64,000 bases of DNA from Lama guanicoe (GCA_013239625.1 MU053629.1:2941567-3005566); one strand, 5' to 3'; positions 39,017-50,052 are shown, counted from the first letter of the stretch. Notes: generated from the sequence alone by a model not told the origin. Numbers and translations are program-made.

Positions 39017-42000
39017 CCAGAGCAGACTTTTCTCCTTCACCTGAACTCTATGAGAAACCAGAGCCTTGGTACCAGCAGAGGCCTCTTGTGCCCATCCTCC
39101 TCCTTTGGAGAGTCCAGATGAATTTGGGTGAGTCTCCCCTGTTTTTGAAGCTCCCGATTACTGGTTGATGATCCTGAGTTGTATTTGGCCGTATGTAACA
39201 GGTATCTGGCTCCCTAGTTGAAAGACACTGGGGGAGCCCAGTTGAAAGACACTGAACGTTGTTCGGTTGAGAGACACCGAGCTGTCTGGCCTGGATGACT
39301 GGGTGAGAGGCTGGCCTAACATCTTTCCTAAATGAGGGGTGTCAGAAAGTTAGTTGGAGGCCTCCAACTAACACCCAAGCCAGATTTATGTATGTACAAA
39401 CTTGATTACAAGTACTTACTTACTGGGAATTAAAGGAAATTTCTCCTTGAAAATGGGCAGTATGGGGCTCGTTTATTGTGTACACAGTTAAGTTAGAGAA
39501 AGACAGCTTGATAAACATTTTTTCATAATTCTGACCTTAAAGAAACAGAAGCCCTTCTAAGGGAGAAGTTGGATTTCTCTCCCTGTGTCTTTGAGGTGAC
39601 AGTGTTCTGCCTGGTCTTCTTAGGTGTTTATGTGTGTGTGATTTGAGGGTTTGGTCTCTGTCATCCAGAAGGTACACACATGGGTATATTTGACAGCAAG
39701 TGAAATAGGCTGAGATTCTGAGCAGTTGTTTTTTATTTGTCTGTTTGTTTTTGTTTTTGTTTTTGATCTGGTTGTGCCAGCTCTCAGGGAAATTTGTCAT
39801 ACAGCGTTCCAGCCTAGAAGGGGCCTTTGTCGTCTTAACCTTCATTGCACCCACCTGTAAATGAAGGCTCTTTTTTTTTTTTTTCTCCCCCTTAGACTGT
39901 TTTTAGGAGTAAACTTTCTAGATCTAGTGAAGGCTACATCTTTTGCATTTTTTATGGGGACACCTCTTGTTTCTTACTGGTCTGAGTTGCTATTAAAATA
40001 CTACTCATCAGTGGTCAGACACTGGATCCTTTAAATTGGAAAAACTTCTGAACCGGTAAATTTTTAGAGAGCTATCATTAGAAACAGCTGTTTTATTGGT
40101 ACCTATGAAAAAAACAAATTAGATGGTGGGAAAAAATATATATGTAAAACTCTCTTAGTTTAAAAACAAACAAAAAACAAATTTGAGAAGCGTTATTTGT
40201 GGTCTCTGCTTCCCCTCAGTGGGTCTTACAGATGCTAATAAAAACATTAGGATAATTAATGTTAATTAGGTTTATTAACAGGGAAGTAAGAAAACACTGA
40301 AGAGATAGTCTAGAGACTTCTTCCTAACAAGGTGGAAGTTTAAAGGGACTTGTCCCAAAAGGATAAAGAAATCTTTAAATGGTTATTAAGAAATGGGATA
40401 AATAAAATGGACATTAATGGGATTAAAACAAAAGGTTTTGATACAACACAACTTAAGATTGGATGGGCCAAAGGGACCCCGTATTGGTCCCCAGCATTAA
40501 AGGGCACCAAACACATCTCCTAAAAAATAGTATTTATCTATTAAAAAATAAATAGATATTTAAAAGGCTGGAAGAAAATTACGCTGAGATACCTGACCGA
40601 CAATTACTTGGGACAACAGTGAGGCCAATTAATCAAATTGAAAGATTGACAAAAGGGCCTGAATCCCTTCACCTGGGGACCCCAGAGCCTTTTAAATAAC
40701 GATAGATAAAATGATGGAGGGATGAAAAGAAAGGAAAGCTTCTAGGACTCCCTGTAAGACCAAGGCCCGTCGATGGGATCCTAATGGAAACTAAAGTTAA
40801 AGGTATGAAAGTTGATAAAATTGAGATGAGTGCTTATAAAAACTGGTATGTTTAAATGGGCTTTATGTAAGATGGTTTCGTCTCTTTTGCCTAATTATAT
40901 TGTGGGATAGACATTATGTCTCCCCGGGGAATGCTTCCCCTGACTGGTATTATAAGACAGAGCATATTTCCCTGCTCCTGAGACAATTCATTAAACATAG
41001 TAGAGGAAACCAGTTGGGGTGACCTGAATCTGTACAATGTAAAGTAAAAAAGGGGAGCTAATAATCTGAGTTTAACCTGTACACTCGGAAAGAGGACGTT
41101 TTTGAATGCCTTGTGCAAACTTTTGAAACCATAAGTTGAACCCTAAAGTTCCAGAACATAGGTTCTTGATTTTCAGTTTAGTTGGAAATCTTCTCATTGA
41201 TATATAAAAAAAAAAACAAGTTAAAATATACTTGGGCAAATCAATCTTTTAATACCATTTAGGCAGCAGACCGGGTCTTTGGGGACTGAGAAGCAGCTGT
41301 CTTTGTCCTGCACATTTCTACAAATCAGAAATGCAAATACAGCCCACAAAGACCTGAGCTTGAGCCTAATTAGCTCAATCAGATAGAACCTGAAACCAAA
41401 GGAAGAAAAGGCCTTTTTAAACTCAAAACTGGAAAGGCTCCCTCACCCAAAATGTAATTCATAGCTTTCTTAAGAGTTTATCAAGGACAAATACAAGTCT
41501 TAAAAATCTATTCTACAAATGGCGAAGCCTTAGTCATCTCAGCAAGCCAATTTAACTTACTCTGTTATTTATAAACTACTGTGTTTATACTGTAATACTT
41601 GATTCATAATTAAATCTTAAAGCTGTGAAATCTCTAGTTTTGTCTGTTTATAGGGCTGTGTGTATATTATACATGCGAAATGTCTCTCCCTCTGGAAAAC
41701 ATTATCAAAATTAAATTTATAAAGGCTCTTTAATTGACTTAACAATAAGTACTTGCAAATTAAATATTTCTAAATATAAAAGAAGCTGGCAAGAATGAAT
41801 TTCAGGTCCACATGATCTAGGAAATATTCAATATTAAATTAATATCTGGTATTAAACTAGCTTTAGCTTGTTGGTTTGATCAATACAGACATGTCTTTAC
41901 TTTCATTGTATCTGGGTTTGCTAGAAGTCAGTAAGTTTCTGTTATTTCTGTTGCAGTTGTCAGCAAGAAAAAAGCACTTGGCATGATATTTTCACAAGTT

Positions 42001-43254
42001 ATAAAATAAAGGTAAATGAGGTAAGCATTTTCAGGTGAACTTTTTAGGAATAGTTTTGCCTTGGGTATATCTATCTAAAATAGTTTCTCCAGGTTTTTGG
42101 TAACTTGAAACTTTAGAGTTTTGCTAAATTCAGTTAAATAATGGGAATTCATTGAATATCCAGGTCATTTCAAATAAGACAAAATACTGGAACATTAGTT
42201 ACTAAACAGGTCTACGTTTACCTATTTATTCTTCCTTTGAGAGGAAAACTAAAGGTGTTTGGGGTTTATTAGACATATGCTTTGTACTACATTGAGAAAA
42301 GAAATTATGCTATGAGAAGATGTATGTTTCTAGAGGTATGGAATATTACTAAATTTGCCAAGCAGGAAATGCTGGTATGACAAACAGGTCACAATTACTT
42401 GCTGCTTGTCGGCTTTCCCTAGAGATTAACGGTTTTAAGGGTTAAAATTGTAATATGTAAATAAACCTACCTGAAATAATAAAGGAAACATTTCAGTAAG
42501 CAAGGAAGGTAAGATTTGTGTTTTCAGCAAAAGAAGGTATGGGGGACTGGAAATGTATTTTGTTAAGGGGAATGAATGATTTTGTCCTAAAGCTGGTTAT
42601 TTCAAATGGAAAAGAAAAATAAGAGATAAACTAATATAAATATAGAAAGTTTGGAAGGTTTGTGGAAGGGGAGCCCTTTGTACGAAAAGGCTGGGATTGG
42701 ATTAAATCTAATTAAGTACATGAATTTTGTTACTGAGTGTGGATAATGCAGGACTAGAGTTCCATTCTCTCTGTTCAGAGAACAAAGCTTTCTTGGAATG
42801 TTGAGTTACTTTTGATAACTGCGTTGTGAGTTTCTTTGCCTTCTAAACGGTCTGTGTTTGACTTAAAAATCTTTTATTGTCACTTTGGTTGAATAAATAA
42901 GTATTGTTTCACTAGTGACCTATGGTCCTCTTTGATCAAGTGTTTTAAAAATCTTTTGATATCTTTGACAAATTTCCCCTAGACAGATTCTAAATTAAGT
43001 TCCTTTGACCTCTAGCTAACTTTGGGATTCTTCAAAGGGCCTCTGAATGCCAAAGAGAGAAATACTAAACTAATTAGGCTTACTGGGTATGCTAAATTAC
43101 TTGAGAAGTATTGTCAAGTGATTGGAAATAAACCTTCTCAGGTTATATTGTATCTATAAATGTCATTAATATAGATATTCCAGAATTTATGTGGAATTCC
43201 TAAAAGTCTGACATGTCCTGGTATGTTACCATACATAATTCTAGTGATTATCTT

Positions 43255-43431
43255 TTTTTTTTTTTTTGAGTAAAAGATTTATTCAGAGAGATACATACTC
43301 CACAGACAGAGTGCAAGATGTCTCAGAAGGCAAGAGAAAGGCCATGAGGTGCCTGGTTGGGTGTTTAGTTTAAAGTAAAAGTAGATACACAGTTACACGC
43401 TCCATAGAGTGCAGGCCATCTTGGAAGGCAC
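43255..43431 (-). mobile_element. Polyadenylated retrocopy of an LTR 3' end (MER41-like), nested in the ERV
   Basis: 14-bp TSD ctagtgattatctt (43241-43254 and 43432-43445), poly(T) on +, and AATAAA 10 nt before the tail on the - strand. Confidence 0.8.
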
Positions 43432-43986
43432 CTAGTGATTATCTTAAAATGTTGTATGTCACAGAAACATCCGAATTTCTTGTCCCTTTCATTTTAATCA
43501 GATCCTTAACCATGCCAGTTTAAGTCTTTAGTCTTTTATAGACAGTCATTGTTTCATTGTGATGCTTTTATAAAATGACGATCTTTAAGAAGATTCATAT
43601 AAAGGACATTTTGACAAATAGAAGTTTCTGATAACTTTTAGAACCAGTTAAGAAATACGAAACTCTAATGGAAAACCTGATGATATCATCCAGATCAATA
43701 GGAATTAATTACTTGGGACTGAATGAACTGATAAATATGATTTATTTTATAACTTTCTTTCTGAAATAATCTGGCTTTTAATCTTTGTTTCCCAGAAAAC
43801 CTTTCCTTTTAAGCGAACTATGACCTATAGCAAGTTGATAAAGTATGCCTTTGTAAGTGAGGATGAAACATTTATCTTTTTCTCTCTGCCTGATCCCTCC
43901 AGCATTTGGCTTCTCTAGCTGACCCCCCTGTGGCCCTGAGGGCTTATTGTGACCTGATTACAACTAGTTATTCTGGTCATTGTTTT

Positions 43987-44140
43987 TTTGTTTGTTTTTA
44001 ATTTTTTTTGTTGTTGTTGTTTTTTGGGGAAGTAGTTAGATTTACGTATTTATTTTTAGAGGAGGTACTGGAGATTGAACCCAGGACCTTGTGTATGCTA
44101 AGCATGCGCTCTACCGCTTGAGCTATATCCTACCCCCCAA
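43987..44140 (-). mobile_element. tRNA-derived SINE (Vic-1-like) nested in the ERV
   Basis: Reverse tRNA-like head (gattgaacccaggacc...ctctaccgcttgagctata). TSD tcattgtttt at 43977-43986 and 44141-44150. Confidence 0.85.
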
Positions 44141-44615
44141 TCATTGTTTTAACTTGTTGCTTACGAATTATTTATGCATCATGCCTCTCTCTGCTGAACC
44201 ATGGCTTCATTAAGATTACCAGCTGTATTACTTATATCCTGTCTATTTTTTGAGATTGTTGTCTCTTCATTACCCAGTGTGTAACTAGGTCTCCATCAAA
44301 ATTAATTTTGGCTAAACATCTTGAGGCAGCCAATCAGATATATAACTCTACATGGAATCATTTTAATCGTTGAACTCTAGGTATGGAAAGAAGCAAAAAG
44401 GGAAAACATTTCCTGGATCATAATAGACTAGTAAGACAGGGGATCTGGGGAATTTTAGATTATCAACAAGGCCTGATCCAAAAATTAGCACATTGACTGG
44501 CTTATCAACAGAATCTTCGTCTGATCTAGGAACAAGCCTCCTTAGTGCCATTAGACAAAATTGGTCATGAAATGTCTCCCAAATGTTGGTTGAATTTATG
44601 ACTGAGAGGAGGTAC

Positions 44616-45108
44616 TATGGACTAAGTGTCACCTGCCATATCAGTAAATAAAGGACGTTGAGACCATCAAGCCATCAGCTGCTGTAGCTGCCCGGCCCCA
44701 GTGGTGTACCCAGGGAACTCTGGTTGGAGATAAACAGGCTACTGGCCCTAGATAGTTAAGGTGTATATCAAAGGAATAATCTCATTAAGCCCAGACATCT
44801 TCCCATATGTAGAAAAGTGCTAAACTCATTAACTTGAGATGTCTGTGTTTTAACTAGCAGTAATCTTTTGATGTTTGACTACCTGGGTTTGTTTTTGTTG
44901 TTTTTGTTGTTGCAAAAACTCATATTCTGGCTCCCCCTGTACTTCTTTTGGACAAAAACTCTTATATATCCTGGCTCCTCCCTTTCCTCTTTTGGAACAG
45001 TCCCTCAGAACTATCTCAGAGGCTACCCCAGGCTCAAGCCCTCAGTAATGCCCTAAATAAAACATAATTCTCAACTTACAGATTGTGCACTTTTTTTTTC
45101 AGTCGACA
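44616..45108 (+). repeat. 3' LTR
   Basis: Follows the purine tract, has AATAAA at 45056-45061, and ends ...gtcgaca before the TSD. Confidence 0.88.
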
Positions 45109-45230
45109 GGATATCCCAGCCTGTGCTGGGGAGATGTGTCAGTGCCCTTTCCCTCAAGGATTTCCCTTAAGCCTAATAAAATATTTTTCTTGTGTGGAAT
45201 TCTTTAAACTTCCCTCACTTTCCCTCTTTT

Positions 45231-45411
45231 TATTTTATTTTATTAGTATTTAAAAAGCTTTTGTTGATTTTTTTTTGCCTTTTTGAATTTTTTTTTTGAG
45301 GGGGAGAAGGTAATTAGGTTTATTTAGTTATTTTGGTGGAGGTACTGGGGATTGAACCCAGGACCTTGTACATGCTAAGCATGTGCTCTGCCACTGAGCT
45401 ATACCCTTCCC
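45231..45411 (-). mobile_element. tRNA-derived SINE (Vic-1-like)
   Basis: ggaggtactggggattgaacccaggacc...ccactgagctataccc with a T-rich tail and imperfect tccctc TSD. Confidence 0.85.
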
Positions 45412-45899
45412 ACTCCCTCATTTTAAAAAATAGACTTTATGTCTTAGAGCAGTTTTAGGTTCACAGCAAAACTGAGCAGGTAACCCCTCATTTTTGACTT
45501 TGATTTTCACATCCACCCCACAAATAGGTAAGAGAGGTGTCATTATCTCCACATTCACATTTAGATTACATTTAGAGTGACACAGTAGCAGACAGATCCC
45601 AGTGCTAACTGAAGTTTTCTGATCTTTTAAGCCCCAGGCACTTTCTCTTGATTCCGACAGTGTGCCTTCAGAATCGTTCTAAATCTTTCCTCCCTAAGCA
45701 TGGGAACTACACCACCTCTCATTCTTAGAGCTTAGAAACAAGTCTGAGAAGTTCCCCCATTTTCTCCCTTGGATGCAGGGGCCCATGGTGAGCCCATCTG
45801 TGTCCCTGGTGAAGGGTCTACCCTCTCAGGCTCTGGCGGAGGCAGTGGGACCCAGAACTTGTACAATGCCCAGATAAGCTTCTTAGAGGCGAGCATTAG

Positions 45900-46088
45900 T
45901 GGGATTGGATATCCTTCCCCTGAGATGCCCTTCACACCTGACCCTGCCTTGAACTAGGATTCCATAGGGGAGCTGGGGGCAGGAGAATGGGGTGTTCCCT
46001 GCTGTCCTGCTTCAGACCCACTCTTTGAGACCCTGGATTCTGACAAGTTTCCAGAACTGAGAAGACACCCCGATGTCCAGGTTTGAAG
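45900..46088 (+). other. SLC24A1: Probable non-coding exon 1 of SLC24A1 (5' end uncertain)
   Basis: Unique sequence ending at donor GAAG|GTAAAT (46089), about 1.9 kb upstream of the exon 2 acceptor. CRX-type motifs nearby. Confidence 0.5.
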
Positions 46089-47021
46089 GTAAATGATGTG
46101 ATTAGGTAGGAGGGATCAGCTAGGGTGCCAGCTCAGCTCTGTTATATAACTCAGGCACACCATAAAGAGAAAGTCTCCCAAGTTTCCTTAGGAGATTCAG
46201 TGTTGAGTTTTTGGCAAGGGACAGGGTAGACAGGGAGATGACGAAGACAATTACAGGAATCGAGGACAACCAAGGAAGTTCACTTATTCCATACTTCTCC
46301 CTTTGCTTGCCCCTCTTTTGCTTTGTAAGACAATTGTATTTGGATTGCTCACTGGTGTGGTATGCTGGAAAGACTGGGGCATTAGACAGCTTACCTGCAC
46401 TGCCGCTCACTCGCTGTGTAATGTTGAGCAAGTCACATCTCCTCTCTGGACCTCAGTTTCTTTGTGTCTCTCAAATAAGGAGTTGCGCTAAACAGTGTCA
46501 GTAATTCCTTGCACCTTTAATGACCTAAGATTCTATGGGTTATTTATCTCATTTCTTATATATGACTTAGAAGCAAAACCAGTCATTTCAGTTATTGTTT
46601 TGTAATCATCTGTGGACATTTATTAGAGATTTAATATTTACTTGGGCTGGGTTTCTGTCCCCTCTATTATAAATGGAGCTTTCTTTGAGAGCCTTAAATG
46701 TTCTTCCCTCCTGCGTCCTTATGTAAAATTAACCCCTAATGGGGCATTGATTCTGTACAACGCTTTTCACAGACCTTATATGTTTGCACTCTCCCAACGT
46801 TGCTGTGACATAGGTATTGTTATTACTGTTGTTATCTCTATAAAATTCAAGTTTAAAATATTACAATATGCATGTGATGAAAAGTTTAAATGGTTAAACT
46901 GAACAATAGCGTATACTGAAAACTGAAGGCCCCCTCTGATCCCCGACCTTAGTTTCCCTTTTCTAGATGTCCTTTGAGAGATAATCTTTGCCTAATCAAC
47001 GCATATGTTGTCATGCTCACT

Positions 47022-47490
47022 TCACGGATAAGGCACTGAGGTTCAGCCTTTCCAGGGTGACACAGCTAGTAAGCCTCAAAGCTGGGAACCCAGTCTTTGA
47101 GAACTTGTTTGGGGGTTATAGCAGGGGAGTGCAGCTGCTCGTGTACCCTTGACCAAGAACGGTCCTCCTCTATCGGGGAAGGCTGTGCTCTTTGACCGAG
47201 TGCGCAGCTTCGGGAGGGATGTGCATGGAGTGGTGAGGGAGGAAGGGGACACCCGCCTGGCCAGCCAGATCAGCCGAATCAACTGTGATGATCAACGGGG
47301 TGTCAGCTGTTGCAGCCAGATTGTCCTCACATCCGGGAACCCAGTCTTTGACTCTGGGTTTGTTTTTGTTGTTGTTGCAAAAACTCATATTCTGGCTCCT
47401 CCTGTATCTCTTTTGGACAAAAACTCTTATATATCCTGACTCCTCCCTTCCACAACACCACACTGTTCCTTCCACAACACCACACTGTCT
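47022..47490. mobile_element. MIR SINE interrupted by later insertions
   Basis: MIR core ataaggcactgagg...ggtgacacagctagtaag...gaacccag on the left and cttccacaacaccacactg on the right. Confidence 0.65.
47097..47334 (-). pseudogene. RN7SKP: 7SK snRNA retropseudogene, 3'-truncated and tailless
   Basis: Reverse complement begins GGATGTGAGG..ATCTGGCTGC and includes GTTGATTCGGCTGATCTGGCTGGC.AGGCGGGTGTCCCCTTCCTCCCTCACC and CCCCGATAGAGGAGGACCG, matching recalled 7SK nt 1 to ~240. Direct repeat gggaacccagtctttga at 47084-47100 and 47335-47351. Confidence 0.95.
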
Positions 47491-48153
47491 GGGAAACTTC
47501 TTTACATTAAGCTTTGTCCTTTCTGGATGTTGGTGGAACCATTTAAGTCAGTCCAGTAAAAACACGTAGAGACTTGATGTCTCTGGAACTGCCTTCTACT
47601 GCTGCCTCTTTTTGTCTAAGGTTTAAAATCATGTCTTGTTACTTCCCTTCTGCCTTTGATAAGATGAGCTTTGTGATCTGGAGCACCAGCTACAGATGAC
47701 TAAGCTTCTAGCAACTCGGGCTTGACCTGAGGAGTGTGGGCAGAGAGATCTCTTGCAGGGAGCCCAGAGTGGGCTGGGTGGACCCAGCTCATGAACCGGG
47801 GCTGCTGGCATGCCTACATGGCAGAGAGGACCCCGAGATGCCCTTTTCCCATGAGTAGGCATTGCCCCCTGGAGTAGAGGGCAGGGGTTGTTTTGCTCCA
47901 GCAGGAACAACTGCCTTCCACCACAAAGGTCTCTGTGTGGATTGTCGCTCTTCCAGATGAGGGTTTGGTGGATCCCAGCTCTCCTTTTAGAGGCAAGTAA
48001 CCTCTTCTTTTTTTTTTAATTTCTAGGTTTGTGGATACCCCCTGGCCTGGTTTCATGGAGAAATCTCTGATTACTAATCTGAATCCCAGAGCAGCCCCCA
48101 TCTTTCAGTGGACAGAACGAGAGGCCTTCTGTAACCAGACGTAACTGGCCATC

Positions 48154-50052
48154 ATGGGGAAATTGATAAGGATGGGGGTGCAGGAGAGGCGGCTGCTCTG
48201 GCCGAAGCGGCTTCACTGGAGTCGCCTCCTCTTCTTATTAGGAACGTTGATCATCGTTTCCACCTACCAGCACTTCAGGAGCCCCCGGGGCCTCCCCTCA
48301 CTGTGGGCAGCAGTCTCTTCCAAACACCCTATAAAACTAGCCAGCCGGGACCTCCCCAGCAATGAGATGATGATGGTGAGCAGTGACCCTCCAAAATCTA
48401 GCTTTGAAATAGAGGGTGAGACACAGACACCCCAAGCCACAGTGGGCAGAGATGGAACTACACCTGGCATGACAATGGAGCACACCCCCAGGACACCCAG
48501 AAGGACAACCAGCATCACTCCAACAATACCCAGGAACAACTACAGCCCAGCAACAACAAACGCAGGAGTGAAGGAAAACACCCCAGCCACGCCCGGTAGA
48601 GTACTGAGTCACTACAGCCCAACTGCAAGCAGACCAGTAGTAAAGAGTCACAGCCCAGCGACACCCAGGGGAGAAGTGAAGCGCTACCGCCCAACTCGAG
48701 CGAGGAGAAAGGTGAAGAAACACACCCCATCCCCACCCGGTAGAGTGGTCAGCAGTTATGCCCCACCCACACTCGTGACAATGACAAGGAGCCATGGGAC
48801 CACCCCCAGAACAACAGTGAAAGACAAAGAAATTATGGCAACCCATAAAATACTGGAGACCAACCCCTCCAAGAGAACAGTGGAGGAAACCACCCCAACT
48901 CCTCTTAAGGGAATAACTGATAACACTCCAACTTTCCTGATAAATGACATCGAAACAGACACCTTGACTTCTCCAAGGAGTGTGGTGGAGAAGAACACCC
49001 AAACTACTTCCAGAAGAGTGGATGACAATAACCCAACAAGCCACCAGGGATCAGTGGGAAAGAACAACCTGACATCTCCCCAGGGAGGGGTCCTGGAGCA
49101 CACCGCAGCCCTCTCTGAGGGGCAAGTGACAATAAGCTCCATGACAGGCAGCAGCCCAGCCAAAACCAAAGCCTCTACTGCTGCCTGGAAGGTTAGGAAT
49201 CCCTCGTCCAGAACCAGCACACCAACCATGGGAGTATCCTCAGCCACCTTCTGGGGGCTGGTGAAAGATCCTTCCACAGCACCCAGCACCCCAGCAACTC
49301 CTAGGATCAGGGCATCTCCGACCACTCAGGTCCGTCACTGTGTGGTTGTGGGGCCAGCCCCAGCTGCGCCTACTGCCCCCTCCCCCCGTCTGACAATGGC
49401 TGTGATTCCAGAGGTGGATCCCAACCCCAGTCCCTCAGTGCTGCCTCCTAGCCAGCCAGACCTCCACCCCAAGGCAGAGTACCCCCAAGACCTGTTCAGC
49501 GTGGAGGAGCGGAGGCAGGGCTGGGTGGTCCTGCACATCTTTGGTATGATGTATGTGTTTATAGCCTTGGCCATCGTGTGTGATGAGTACTTTGTTCCAG
49601 CCCTGGGCGTCATCACGGACAAGCTGCAGATCTCTGAGGATGTGGCAGGTGCCACATTCATGGCTGCTGGAGGCTCTGCCCCTGAGCTCTTCACCTCCCT
49701 CATTGGCGTCTTCATCTCTCATAGCAACGTGGGCATCGGCACCATAGTAGGCTCTGCTGTGTTCAACATCCTCTTTGTTATTGGCACTTGTGCCCTCTTC
49801 TCACGGGAGATCCTCAATCTTACCTGGTGGCCCTTGTTCCGTGACATCTCCTTCTACATCTGTGACCTAATGATGCTCATCCTCTTCTTCCTGGATAGCC
49901 TCATTGCCTGGTGGGAGAGCCTGCTGCTGCTGCTGGCCTATGCCCTCTATGTGCTCACCATGAAGTGGAACAAACAGCTTGAGCTCTGGGTGAAGGAGCA
50001 ACTCAACAAGAGGCCAGTGGCCAAGGTCATGGCCCTAGGGGACCTCAGCAAG
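48154..50052 (+). CDS. SLC24A1: Retinal rod Na+/Ca2+-K+ exchanger NCKX1, coding part of exon 2 (exon 48027-50052), 633 codons
   Basis: MGKLIRMG N-terminus, hydrophobic signal segment, Ser/Thr/Pro-rich ectodomain, then the first TM cluster with the alpha-1 repeat [15 protein letters not shown]. Acceptor ttctag at 48021-48026, donor AAG|GTAAGA at 50053. Confidence 0.97.

Larger units (their letters stand above)
38510..45108 (+). mobile_element. Full-length degenerate class I (ERV1, MER4/MER34-group-like) endogenous retrovirus, non-coding
   Basis: Two homologous LTRs, TG at 38510 and CA at 45107-45108, and a 4-bp TSD GGAT (38506-38509 and 45109-45112). PBS after the 5' LTR, purine tract gagaggagg (44604-44612) before the 3' LTR. 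AT-rich interior with no long ORF. Confidence 0.88.

Noticed and set aside
39020..44600. Intact or domesticated gag/pol/env gene in the ERV
   Set aside because: No + strand ORF of 60 aa or more is listed in the internal region. At most there are degraded remnants.
47097..47334. Functional 7SK gene, and the short ORFs overlapping it
   Set aside because: 3'-truncated, many substitutions, flanked by a TSD, and no upstream Pol III promoter context. The ORFs are incidental.
48264..49722. Long antisense ORFs (235, 189, 126 aa) opposite SLC24A1 exon 2
   Set aside because: Shadow ORFs produced by the Thr/Pro-rich codon bias of the sense CDS.
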